Assembly (NCBI GenBank): GCA_013215605.1 | Contig: JABSQW010000034.1 | Coordinates: 1-60,824, forward strand | Direction of reading: 5' to 3' | Length of the DNA: 60,824 nucleotides | DNA from: Myxococcales bacterium | GTDB taxonomy: Bacteria; Myxococcota_A; UBA9160; SMWR01 | Shown: piece after piece, positions 35,499 through 44,966 of the stretch | Position numbering within the stretch: the first letter of the stretch is position 1 | Layout: every line of letters starts with the position of its first letter | Position numbers and translations under genes: made by a program | Notes under the pieces: generated by a model | Database searches by the model: none | What the model was told of the DNA's origin: nothing | The model's input: the letters and a program-made list of their open reading frames with translations, nothing else

Positions 35499-37415
35499 TC
35501 ACTCGCTCGAGTTCGCCGGTGTGTACCAGATCGGAGAGCTCCAGGCGCGCTCCTGAACGCTGCGCTGGTGGTCCGGAGCGCAGCAGGGTTCGAGACCCTC
35601 GCCCACGGTCGCGGGGTCGCTGCAGTCGACGCCGGCTGCGTTGCACGCCCACTGGCTCCAGCGGCAGCTCGGATTTTCGAACAGCCGCGCGTAGTAGAAG
35701 GCGGGCGCGGCGGGGTCGAAGTCGGGATCGCTCCAGACGCCGCAGAGGCTCTCGGACCCTTCGCCCCGGCGCTCGCAGCTCGCGAGGTCGACGTCCGCGC
35801 CGTTCTCTCCACCCGCCACGGTCACGATCCGCTCGCGTGTTGCATCGCCGTCGACCCAGCCTTTCACGATCTCGATGCGTTGGAGAGGGGCGGCGGAATC
35901 GGACGGGTCGCGAAAGGCGGAGACCAGCAGGCGGGGCGCCGCCCCGGGAACTCCCGGCTCGAGGTCCCCGCCCATCGCCACCCCCCCCGCATACCCGCGG
36001 GCCGCCAAATCGGGTGCGTCGCAAACGTCCGGCGCGTAGTCGTAGCCGCCGAAGAAACGCAGCACCGGGCGGGTGCCACTGGTCGCGTACGCCTCGCGGC
36101 GCAGCATGGCCTCGAAGAGCGCATCGCGCGAGTTCTCCTCTGCCCAGAGAACGGCGAGCCCGCCCGGGTTGAATTCGAGGTTGTCCGGCAGGCCCGGCGG
36201 TACACCGTCGCGGGCGTGGATGCCGGCGCCGCCGTGTCCCACGTGTCCGCGTTCCTTCGTCAGGCCCGGGGTTCCGAGATGCGTGTCGGTGCTGCCGATC
36301 ATGCCCATCTTCAGGGGGTTGGCACCGAGCGTGCGGCCGAGTGCGATGCCCCGCTTGAGTGCGTCGCGCACGTAGTCGAAGGGCTTGCCCGGGTCGGGAT
36401 CGCTGAAGGGAATCCTAATGCCCGGCCCCGCCTTCTCGAACCCGCAGGCTTCGTCGGTGACGCCGGGCGACAGCAGGCACTCCGACTCTCCCTTGTGCTG
36501 CATCACTTCGACCAGCCGCTCGTAGCGTGCGCGCAGCGGCGTCTCCTCTTCGCCGATCTCCGCGTCGATGTCCACCGCCGACGCGAACGTGTAGCCGTTG
36601 CCCAGGTTCGAGTTGTGGGGGATCGTGACGGCTTCGCAGCCCGGCTTGCCGAGTCGGCATTGGGCCTCGAGCTGGCGCCACAGCTCGATCGCCTCGACGC
36701 CCGTCTCCATCCGCGAGATGGGAAGGTCCGGAACGACGGAGTTGCGGAAGATCACGTTCCGGTGGAGGTGGGCGCCGCCGCTGGGGCCCGCCGTCCACTC
36801 GTAGGCGACGAAACTCGTGAACGCGCAGTCGGCGCTGCGGTCGTAGGCGGCTTCCGCGGCGTCTTGCGTGCTCTGCCACACCGTGCGCGCCGCGGCGAGG
36901 CAGTGCCGGTCGTCCTCACCACAGAAACCCCAACGCCCCCCGAGGGCCGAGTAGCGGCCGTTCATCAGGAAGAACGCGACACGTGGCGCGGATCGATAGA
37001 TGCGGCACACGAGCGAGTCGTGCCCGGGAGCACCCGGGGTCTTGCAGATGTGAACCTCGCCGATCTGCTCGGCGTGATCGGTGACGGCGACGAAGTCGAG
37101 AGGCGCCTCGAGTTGCACCGTGCGGCCCGCTGCACCGGACTCATCGTAGGGTTGGATCCCCAGCGGCTCCCCCCGTGCGAACCGGTACGCGTCGCGCGGC
37201 GTGACGCGGGTGTCCTGTGTGCTGGCGTCCTGGGAGTAGGTGGTGTGGACGTGGGTATCGCCGAAGTGGGGACGCCGCTGCGCGGAAGTCGACGCGCAGG
37301 GCGCGCGCTGTTCGGTCTGCCGGGGCGGCCCTGCGGCGTTGGCGGCCAGCGCTCCGGCGGCAATCGAAAGGCAGAGGAACAGCGCGCAACGACGGACAGG
37401 GTCTCTTCTGGGCAT
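35499..37415 (-). CDS. secreted DUF3604 protein
   Basis: Signal peptide MPRRDPVRRCALFLCLSIAAGALAANA. HFGDTHVHTTYSQDA...FVAVTDHAE is characteristic of DUF3604. A GTG at 37442 is an alternative start overlapping the upstream stop. Confidence 0.85.
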   Translation of the reverse strand: MPRRDPVRRCALFLCLSIAAGALAANAAGPPRQTEQRAPCASTSAQRRPHFGDTHVHTTYSQDASTQDTRVTPRDAYRFARGEPLGIQPYDESGAAGRTVQLEAPLDFVAVTDHAEQIGEVHICKTPGAPGHDSLVCRIYRSAPRVAFFLMNGRYSALGGRWGFCGEDDRHCLAAARTVWQSTQDAAEAAYDRSADCAFTSFVAYEWTAGPSGGAHLHRNVIFRNSVVPDLPISRMETGVEAIELWRQLEAQCRLGKPGCEAVTIPHNSNLGNGYTFASAVDIDAEIGEEETPLRARYERLVEVMQHKGESECLLSPGVTDEACGFEKAGPGIRIPFSDPDPGKPFDYVRDALKRGIALGRTLGANPLKMGMIGSTDTHLGTPGLTKERGHVGHGGAGIHARDGVPPGLPDNLEFNPGGLAVLWAEENSRDALFEAMLRREAYATSGTRPVLRFFGGYDYAPDVCDAPDLAARGYAGGVAMGGDLEPGVPGAAPRLLVSAFRDPSDSAAPLQRIEIVKGWVDGDATRERIVTVAGGENGADVDLASCERRGEGSESLCGVWSDPDFDPAAPAFYYARLFENPSCRWSQWACNAAGVDCSDPATVGEGLEPCCAPDHQRSVQERAWSSPIWYTPANSSE

Positions 37416-37438
37416 GTTGTCCCCGATCTTCTCGCAGC

Positions 37439-39736
37439 TCACGGCTTGGATGGCAACTCTGGACGGTCGCGTTCATCCGAACGCGCCGAAGCGTAGGGGC
37501 GGCCCGCCCGGTAGAGGGCTTCGCGCGCCGCAATCTCCGCGGCAAGCTCGGGGCGACCCGCTCGATCGGCCGTGCGTCGAGCGCCCAGGGCGGTGCGAGC
37601 GGCTTCGTCGAAGCGTCCCGCCGCGGCGTAGGCGGCCGCGAGAGTGTCGAGCAGTTCCGGGTCAGTGTCCCCGGGCGGTTCGCACAGTCGCTCGGCCAGC
37701 CGCACCGCCTCGGCGGCAGACTCCGGATCGGACGTACGGGTGGCCAGGAACCAGGCGAGGTGACTGGCTGCCTCGACCGATTCGGGTTCCGCGTGCAGCG
37801 CTGCGCGCGAGGAGTTGATGGCTGCGCTCCATTCTTCGCGGTACGCGTGTACCTGCGCGGCCAGCACGTGACCCAGGGCTCGTGCCCGATCCTCCCGGGC
37901 GAGTGCGTCGGCGTGGCGCAGCGCCTGCTCGCTGCGGTCGAGCCGCAGCAGCAGTCCCACCAGCCCCTGGTGGGCGGCCGCGGACCGTGGGCTGTGAAGC
38001 ACGGCGCTGCGATAGGCGTCGAGCGCCACGTCGAAGGCACCCCGCCGCTCGAGGAGATCGCCAGACACGAGCCACGCGCGCCCGTGGTCGGGCGCGAGCG
38101 CCAGTACGCTGCCGAGGCGCTGCAGGGCTTTGTCCGCGTTGCCGAGCTTCTGATCGGTTTGCGCCCAACGGAACAGCGCATCGGCGTCGTTGGGATCCTG
38201 TCGAGCGGCCGTCTCGAAGGACTGCGCCGCCAGTTCGTGGTGGCCCAGCTTCGAGAGGACTTTCCCGAGATTGGCGTGGGCCTTCGGGTACTCCCAGTCG
38301 GCGGCCACCGCCCGCTGGAACTCCTGCCGTGCCCGTTCGTCTCGGCCGAGGGCGATGAGCGCGACGCCGAGATTGTTGTGGGCCTCGGAAAACCCGTGCG
38401 TCGCGAGCGCGGTTTCGTAGTGATCGACGGCATGCTGGTAGTCGCCTCGCGCTTGCGCGAGCAGGCCGAGCCCGTGGTGTCCGCGAAAGCTCTTCGGGTT
38501 CACGACAACAGCCTGATTCCAGAGAGATCGGCTGTCGCGCCAGACGCTCACCTGGAGCGAGCTCGCGATGGCGAGTCCCACGAGAGCCGTTGCGACACCG
38601 GCCGCGAGCCAGCGCGACCGGTTGCGATCCAAGAGCCACGCCAGGGCCAGCGCTGCGCCCAAGAGGGGGAGGTACGCGTAGCGGTCGGCCACCGTGGAAG
38701 TGCGCTGATAGGCGAACGGCACGAGGCCGAGCACCGGAATCAGTCCCGCGACGAAGACCGTGGCGGCGGTGCCCCACGCGCGTCGCCCCGTCGAAGTGAG
38801 CGCGACGGCGAGCAGCGCCGCGACGATTCCCAGGCCGACCCACGGCGGGTTTCCCCCCAGGACCTGGGTTGGGGTGCGCCCGTAGTCGGCCGCGAGCGCG
38901 AGTGGCACGATGAGCTTCTCTGCGTAGAAGGCGATTGCATCGAACGCCACCAGGGGACGGGCGACGAGAGCTGTCGGTTCCGGGAGGTATTCGTTCTGCT
39001 GGGAGGACGCCACCCACACGAACACTCCGGCCAGCGCGACCCAGGGTCCCAGGGCCCGCAGGCCGGGGAATGGCCGGCGGCGGAGCACGCCGACGTCGAG
39101 GGCGAAGGCGATGAAGGGAAGCGACACGGCCGAGGGCTTCGAGAAGAGCGCCAGTGCGAACAGGAAGGTGGCAAGCGCGTAGCGCAGAGCGCGGGTTCGT
39201 CCCGCTTCGCCACCCGTGGGCTCCGCAAAGCGGACGTACTGGTGCAGCGCCAGCAACGAGAAGAACCCCGCCAACAGACCGCGGGTCTCCGAGACCCACG
39301 CTACGGACTCGACTTGAAGGGGGTGCAGCGCGAAGAGGAGGGCGCCCGCCAGCGCGGCGAACTCCCGCTCGACGAGGCGCCGCAGGAGTGCGAAGACGGC
39401 GAGCGCACAAAACGCGTGAAGCAGCAGGCTCGTCGCGTGGAACACGCGCGGATCGAACGAGCGGCCCAACACCCGGCTCGCGGCGGACTCCAGCGCGAAG
39501 AGCGTGTTGGTGAGGGGCACGTACTCGCTGAAATACGACTGCCGCCAAAGTCGCAGAGCGTTTTCCAGGCGGGGCGGGTCCAGATAGGGGTTGCGGTGGA
39601 GGTGGACGGAATCGTCGTAGGCGACGAAGCCGAACCCCGCCACCTCGCGAAACACCAACAGCGTGACGAAGATCAGGAGCAGCGGAGCGCCGAGCCGCCT
39701 CGTCCCCGTCGCCCACCCGGCGTTCGATCCCGTCAC
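37439..39736 (-). CDS. polytopic GT-C-like membrane protein fused to C-terminal TPR repeats (TMTC/PMT_2-like)
   Basis: FGFVAYDDSVHLHRNPYL motif, about 10 hydrophobic helices, then multiple TPR units (AHNNLGVALIALGRDERARQEFQRAV...). Start uncertain: GTG at 39736 chosen; the ORF extends to 39970. Confidence 0.75.
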   Translation of the reverse strand: MTGSNAGWATGTRRLGAPLLLIFVTLLVFREVAGFGFVAYDDSVHLHRNPYLDPPRLENALRLWRQSYFSEYVPLTNTLFALESAASRVLGRSFDPRVFHATSLLLHAFCALAVFALLRRLVEREFAALAGALLFALHPLQVESVAWVSETRGLLAGFFSLLALHQYVRFAEPTGGEAGRTRALRYALATFLFALALFSKPSAVSLPFIAFALDVGVLRRRPFPGLRALGPWVALAGVFVWVASSQQNEYLPEPTALVARPLVAFDAIAFYAEKLIVPLALAADYGRTPTQVLGGNPPWVGLGIVAALLAVALTSTGRRAWGTAATVFVAGLIPVLGLVPFAYQRTSTVADRYAYLPLLGAALALAWLLDRNRSRWLAAGVATALVGLAIASSLQVSVWRDSRSLWNQAVVVNPKSFRGHHGLGLLAQARGDYQHAVDHYETALATHGFSEAHNNLGVALIALGRDERARQEFQRAVAADWEYPKAHANLGKVLSKLGHHELAAQSFETAARQDPNDADALFRWAQTDQKLGNADKALQRLGSVLALAPDHGRAWLVSGDLLERRGAFDVALDAYRSAVLHSPRSAAAHQGLVGLLLRLDRSEQALRHADALAREDRARALGHVLAAQVHAYREEWSAAINSSRAALHAEPESVEAASHLAWFLATRTSDPESAAEAVRLAERLCEPPGDTDPELLDTLAAAYAAAGRFDEAARTALGARRTADRAGRPELAAEIAAREALYRAGRPYASARSDERDRPELPSKP

Positions 39737-39935
39737 AGCACTCTCGGCAATGGCGCGTTCAGTTCCAAAGGGCCCGGTACGACCGGTCGAGGACCGACTC
39801 GATCCTCGGATCCCGCAGTAGCGCGTGAGCGTCGGCCATGCCTCATCCTCCGGGGGCGTCGCCCTCGGATTGTCGCACGAACGCGAGCGGCTGGCTGCCT
39901 TTGTGCAATGATCGGGCTTTCCGGAGGAGATCGAC

Positions 39936-40418
39936 GTGCTCGACCGTCTCATCCCGCAACGCATCGACAACGACTACTGCGGGCATCCGCTCGCGTTCTG
40001 GATGTTCTTTCCGATCACGCTCGTCACGCTGGTTCGGAGCCTCATCCACATGCTCAGAGCCGACGGTGGCGCCCAGTCCATCGCGACCATCCCCCTCGAT
40101 ACCTTCACGTCGGGTGGGGCGCAGGGAATCGTCGCAGTCTTCGCATTGTGGGGGCTCTCGCAGTTCCTGCTCGGGATCCTCTACCTGGGCGTGCTGTGGC
40201 GTTGGCGGACGCTCCTGCCCCTCATGTACCTGCTGCTCGTCGTCGAGTACGTGGGGCGGTTCGCCATAGGAACCACGAAGCCGATCGGGGCCCTGGAAAC
40301 GCCTCCGGGCGCGATCGCGAACTTCGTCTTTCCCGCGCTCGCAGTCGCGATGTTGATCTTGTCGTTGCGGCAGAGCGCCAACTCCGCTTCCGCAGGATCG
40401 CAGCCGGCGGGCAGCTGA
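39936..40418 (+). CDS. small integral membrane protein (4 predicted helices), unknown function
   Basis: 160 aa with hydrophobic segments FWMFFPITLVTLV, IVAVFALWGLSQFLLGILYLGVLW, LLPLMYLLLVVEYV and FVFPALAVAMLIL. No family recognised. Confidence 0.5.
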   Translation: MLDRLIPQRIDNDYCGHPLAFWMFFPITLVTLVRSLIHMLRADGGAQSIATIPLDTFTSGGAQGIVAVFALWGLSQFLLGILYLGVLWRWRTLLPLMYLLLVVEYVGRFAIGTTKPIGALETPPGAIANFVFPALAVAMLILSLRQSANSASAGSQPAGS

Positions 40419-40464
40419 GTTGGCGTTCGTCGACGGGGTGGGCGCCGATTCGCAGGTCCGCGGA

Positions 40465-42252
40465 TCAAGGGGCGTCGGTCGGGGTCGCTCCCGCCAACCA
40501 GAGAAGCAGGGTTCCGTCGGGAAACGCCCTGCGGCGCTCGACCGGCAGCAGCTTCTCGACGGTGCGGTGCGCAACGCCCTCGCGCGCCCTGGGGTGCACG
40601 ACGATTGCGCGGATATCGTACCGCGCGAAGTACGCGGGCCCGTCCCGAGCGTCCCGCGCACGAGCGCGTGGTGAAGACGGACCGCCGTCGAGCAGGCTGC
40701 TGATCAGCGGGGCGGCGCGGATTCGCTCCCACGTGGGCGCGGGGAGTCGCGCGACGGCGCCGCCGACGATGGGTTGGTGGTGCACCGTCTGACCCAGCAT
40801 GGCCTTCGAGGTGCGCGCTCCCCACACCCGGTGGCCGTCGCGGACTTGTAGCGGGAGGTCGAGGACCGCGAAGCGACCCGGGATTTTCGCGATCTCGTCG
40901 TACACCGGCGCGGCGTCCGTGGAGACGAGTGGGATCGGGACGGCAGCGAGTTCGAAGCTCACGGCGGCCAGCGCCGCGACACGCAGGGCCGGCGCGCGCA
41001 GGCAGCAAAAGCCGGCTCCAGCGAGCAACGCGACGCCGAGGGCTGACACCAATATGTGACGGCCGGGCGCCCGGGCGAGCTCGAAGAAGGGCAGCTGGCC
41101 GAGTACGCGCATCGGCAGCGGAATCCCCGTGTCGAAACCGCCGACCTCGAGGTGGGCGCCGAGCGCGAGCCCCCAGAAGACGACCGCGATGCCGGCGAGG
41201 AGTGCTCGCCAGGCGCGGATCTCGGCGCTGCAGCGCCATCCCAAGACGGCGAGGCCGAGGACGGAGACTCCCAGGAACAGCGTCGACTCCTGGGGGAGCG
41301 ACCACTCCCCGGCCTCGTAGAAGGCCAACACCCGGTCGCCGAACAGGGGATGCGCGAAGCTCGGGACGAAGAGCCCGAGCAGGTCTCCCGCGTGGCGATC
41401 GAAGTCAGCCGGGTCTACCGCGGTTGCCACGACGCCGCCATCGAGCAGGTGTGCGGAGACGAGCGGGCTCGCGATCGCGAGTGCGATGGTCGCGGCTGCA
41501 ACGAGGCAGCCCGCGGACCGGGGCCGCGCCAGCGCGCGACGCCGCGCCACGGCCACCAGCGCGAGCAGCTCTACGGCATACAAGACGAGGGTCGGGCTCG
41601 CGTACGCGGTGGCTCCGAGCAGCGCGCCGAGCGCCAGCGCGTCGCGCCGCCGTGGTGTGTCGGGCTCGGTCAGCGAGAGAAACAAGAAGAGCGAGGCCGG
41701 CAGAACGAAGGTCGCGAGCAGATTGACGTGCCCCACGACGAGATGCGCGAACAGCGGAGGGCACAGCGCGTAGATCGCACCGGCGACGAAGGCGCCCGCC
41801 GCCGAAAGCCCCAGGCGACGACCGAGCGCTCCGGCACACGCCCCGGCGGCGACCAGGTCGAGGAGGATGATGATGTTCTGCGCCGCCGTGAGCGAGACCA
41901 TCGCCTGCAGCGCCGTTGCGACCACGCCGTAGAGCGGCGCAAACGTGTGTTGCCACAGATCGACGCCTTCGGGGTAGAACAGCGTATTGGCGTCGAACGG
42001 GCTCTGGCCGAGCTCGACCAGGGCGAATCGGAACCACCAGAGGTTCCAGAGGTTCCCGAGCGATTCCGGATGCAGAGCGTGTCCCTGCCAGCGCAGGAGT
42101 CCGGGCACCGCACCCGCGAAGTCGAGTGCGAGCGGCCACGTGGCCGCGATGGCGAGCAGCGCGTACCCGCACAGCGCGATCGCGTTCTCGCGCCGCGTGG
42201 CGCGCGGAAGCGCTGCGGGGTCGGGAGCGGGAGCGTCGAGCACGTCAGTCAC
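40465..42252 (-). CDS. large polytopic membrane protein, putative GT-C-type glycosyltransferase
   Basis: 595 aa with at least 10 hydrophobic helices. LGNLWNLWWFRF...LFYPEGVDLW loop motif. Soluble C-terminal domain of about 130 aa. Confidence 0.65.
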   Translation of the reverse strand: MTDVLDAPAPDPAALPRATRRENAIALCGYALLAIAATWPLALDFAGAVPGLLRWQGHALHPESLGNLWNLWWFRFALVELGQSPFDANTLFYPEGVDLWQHTFAPLYGVVATALQAMVSLTAAQNIIILLDLVAAGACAGALGRRLGLSAAGAFVAGAIYALCPPLFAHLVVGHVNLLATFVLPASLFLFLSLTEPDTPRRRDALALGALLGATAYASPTLVLYAVELLALVAVARRRALARPRSAGCLVAAATIALAIASPLVSAHLLDGGVVATAVDPADFDRHAGDLLGLFVPSFAHPLFGDRVLAFYEAGEWSLPQESTLFLGVSVLGLAVLGWRCSAEIRAWRALLAGIAVVFWGLALGAHLEVGGFDTGIPLPMRVLGQLPFFELARAPGRHILVSALGVALLAGAGFCCLRAPALRVAALAAVSFELAAVPIPLVSTDAAPVYDEIAKIPGRFAVLDLPLQVRDGHRVWGARTSKAMLGQTVHHQPIVGGAVARLPAPTWERIRAAPLISSLLDGGPSSPRARARDARDGPAYFARYDIRAIVVHPRAREGVAHRTVEKLLPVERRRAFPDGTLLLWLAGATPTDAP

Positions 42253-42316
42253 GTACCAGAATTTCGCTCTGCTGTCGGCCCACGCTCCTCGAGCGGTGAC
42301 CGACTAGACTGTCGGG

Positions 42317-43969
42317 ATGGGGGCTGCGTCCGAGCGCGGTAGGGGAGGGACGGCGCCTATGGGCCCCACCGACGCAGGAGACCGCGAGGCACCGGACCGG
42401 CAGACACCGGGCTTCAGGATGCCGGACTGGGAGACGCTGACCGCGCTCGCGGTTCTCACGCTGATGGCGCTCGCGCTGCGCGTCGCGCTCCTCTCCGAGA
42501 GCCTGTGGCTCGACGAACTCCACACCGCGTGGACCGTAGCCGGTAGCGGGAGTGACCTCCCCGCGCGAGCCCTGGCGGGAAACACCGGTCCCGCCTGGTT
42601 CTACCTCCCCGCGGCGAGCGTGGGGCTGTTCGGCTGGAGCGAAGCGGCCCTGCGGCTGCCATCCCTCGTCGCGGGCCTGTTGGTGTTGCCCGCTCTGTTC
42701 TTTGTCGTGCGCCGGATGACGTCGTCGAATGTCGCCGCCCTGTTCGCGGCGGCCGCGGCCGCCGTCGATCCGAGCTTCCTCCACTTCTCGGTCGAGGCGC
42801 GCGCCTACAGCGCAGTGCAGCTGGCCTCGATCGTCCAGATCGGGATCTTGTGGACGCTCCTCGAACAGCCGGGTCCGCGGCGCGCCGTGGGCCTCGCGAT
42901 CGTGTCCGCGCTGCTCGTGCACCTCCACTACACCGCGGCTCTGCTGCTGATCGCAGAAGGGCTCTTTGCGATCGGTTGGCTCTGCGTTTCTCGGACCGCG
43001 CGCGCCTCGGCAGGCAGAGCGCTGCTCGGCGCGGCAGCGCTCACGCTCGTGCTGTGTCTGCCGGCCGTACCGCACGTCCTCGAGGTGGGCCGGCGTCGCG
43101 ACGCGTGGTCGGCCTTCATCCTCGACGGCTCCCTGAGTGACCTCTTCTCCCTGTTCCCCCTGGGTCGCTACGGATTCGCCCCGCTCGCGTTGCTGGCGAT
43201 GGCGTGGCTCGCGAGCCGATTCATTGGCGAGCGCTGGCGGCTTCAGCGCGTGAGCGGTCGCGCGGTGGCGCTGTGCCTCACGTGGCTCGCGGTTCCCGCG
43301 CTGCTCGTCTGGCTCTCCACGCGATTCGGCGTGGCGGCGCTCTTCGAGCCGCGATACGTCGTTGCATCGGCCGCCGCGCCCCTGGCGCTCGCCGCCCTCG
43401 CGCTCGCAGCCCTCGCCAACCCGATCGCGCGAGTCGGGTGTGCGGTGTTCGTCGCGTCGCTGTGTGTGATCGCGAGTCCGCTGGGGCGCTGGGCGGTCGA
43501 AGGTCGCATCGCACCGCGGGTCGGCGAAGGTTGGCGCTCGGCGGTGTCGCACATCAATGCCGACCGCGAGCACCGCGACCTGCCGGTGCTGTTGCGGTCG
43601 GGGCTGATCGAGTCCGACCGGCTCAGGTCGAAGGATTACGCGACGAAGAGCGCGCTCTACGAGTTCTCGCTGCTTCCCGTCGCCACGCTCTATGCGCTGA
43701 CGCCGCCCGAGCGGAGCGTCTCGCCGCTTCGCCGCTCGCGGTCGGCTGCCCTCTCCGCGGCACAGATCGAACTGGTGTTGCGGCAGGCTGGGGCGTGGCT
43801 GCTCATTCGCGGCTCGGAGCGCGGCGCCGCGGACATTGCCGCACGGATTCGCGAGGGCTTCGCGAAGCAGGGCCACCCCGGTCGCGTGAGCGCCGGCGTG
43901 TCGTACGGATCGGTCCGTGTCTACCAATTCGTTCTCGATGGCGGGCCGACCGACCGTCCGGTCCGCTGA
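42317..43969 (+). CDS. GT39/ArnT-like (PMT_2) membrane glycosyltransferase
   Basis: LALRVALLSESLWLDELHTAW (first-loop DE motif) and about 11 helices. Start may be the internal ATG at 42419 (MPDWETL). Confidence 0.7.
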   Translation: MGAASERGRGGTAPMGPTDAGDREAPDRQTPGFRMPDWETLTALAVLTLMALALRVALLSESLWLDELHTAWTVAGSGSDLPARALAGNTGPAWFYLPAASVGLFGWSEAALRLPSLVAGLLVLPALFFVVRRMTSSNVAALFAAAAAAVDPSFLHFSVEARAYSAVQLASIVQIGILWTLLEQPGPRRAVGLAIVSALLVHLHYTAALLLIAEGLFAIGWLCVSRTARASAGRALLGAAALTLVLCLPAVPHVLEVGRRRDAWSAFILDGSLSDLFSLFPLGRYGFAPLALLAMAWLASRFIGERWRLQRVSGRAVALCLTWLAVPALLVWLSTRFGVAALFEPRYVVASAAAPLALAALALAALANPIARVGCAVFVASLCVIASPLGRWAVEGRIAPRVGEGWRSAVSHINADREHRDLPVLLRSGLIESDRLRSKDYATKSALYEFSLLPVATLYALTPPERSVSPLRRSRSAALSAAQIELVLRQAGAWLLIRGSERGAADIAARIREGFAKQGHPGRVSAGVSYGSVRVYQFVLDGGPTDRPVR

Positions 43970-44090
43970 TGGCGTCGGCGTGCCGACGAGCGTCCAGAAC
44001 GCCTCGAAGCTGGCGGAGTTCTCGACCCCGCACTCGTGGGTCGCGCGCGAGTTGCTGACGCTCCACACCGTGAACGAGGTCGGGCCGCAG

Positions 44091-44104
44091 CAGTGTGTAC
44101 ACTG
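44091..44104. promoter_or_regulatory. inverted repeat CAGTGT-GT-ACACTG abutting the LLM gene start
   Basis: Read directly; ends 6 nt before ATG 44111. Candidate operator. Confidence 0.3.
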
Positions 44105-44110
44105 AGTCCC

Positions 44111-44944
44111 ATGAGAATCGGTGTTTCACTTCCGGTCCGAGAGCTCAAAGACGATCTCGCTGCGATTCGCGACTTCGCCCAGCTCGCCGAAGAACTCGGT
44201 TTCACCCATCTGCGAATCCCCGAGCAGATCGCGCGTCCGGATTCCGGACACCTCCACGAGCCGTTCACGCTGCTCGCCTACCTCGCGGCGTGTACCGAGT
44301 CGATCGAACTCGTTCCCTCCGTGATCGTTCTACCGGCGCGCCAGACCGTACTGGTCGCGAAGCAGGCCGCCGAGGTCGATCTCCTCTCGGGGGGGCGCCT
44401 GCGCATGGGCGCGGGCGTCGGTGGGAGTCGCGACGAGTTCGAGGCGCTCGGTCAGGACTTCGCGACACGCGGTCGCCGCTGCACGGAGCAGATACAGCTT
44501 CTCAAGCGGCTGTGGACCGAGCCCGCGGTCACCTTCGAAGGCGAGTTCGACCGGTTGCACGCTACCGGAATCGACCCGCTGCCCGTGCAGCGACCCATCC
44601 CGATCTGGATCGGCGGCGCCGCCGCCCCCGTTCGCTCGGTCCTGCAACGCATCGGAGAGCACGCCAATGGCTGGTTCGCTCTCTGCTCGCCCGAAGACTA
44701 CGCGGCGCTACGCGCGACGATCGATGGCTTCGCCGAGGCCGCCGGGCGCAGGTCCTCGGACATCGGCGCGGAGAGTGGCGTCGGCATTCACGGGAGAAGC
44801 GAGGCGGAGTGGACGAGCATCGTGAAGGCGCGGGAGGCCACCGGTGTCAGCCACCTCTGCATGCGAACGCTCGGCGGCGGACTGGACGCGCACGGTCACC
44901 TGGCTGCCCTGAAACATCTGCGGAGCGTGCTCGACGCACGCTGA
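44111..44944 (+). CDS. LLM-class (luciferase-like) F420-dependent oxidoreductase
   Basis: MRIGVSLPV...FAQLAEELGFTHLRIPEQI...EPFTLLAYLAACTESIELVPSVIVLPARQ...GGRLRMGAGVG. Confidence 0.8.
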   Translation: MRIGVSLPVRELKDDLAAIRDFAQLAEELGFTHLRIPEQIARPDSGHLHEPFTLLAYLAACTESIELVPSVIVLPARQTVLVAKQAAEVDLLSGGRLRMGAGVGGSRDEFEALGQDFATRGRRCTEQIQLLKRLWTEPAVTFEGEFDRLHATGIDPLPVQRPIPIWIGGAAAPVRSVLQRIGEHANGWFALCSPEDYAALRATIDGFAEAAGRRSSDIGAESGVGIHGRSEAEWTSIVKAREATGVSHLCMRTLGGGLDAHGHLAALKHLRSVLDAR

Positions 44945-44966
44945 CGCGCTCCGGCGGGATCTCGGC

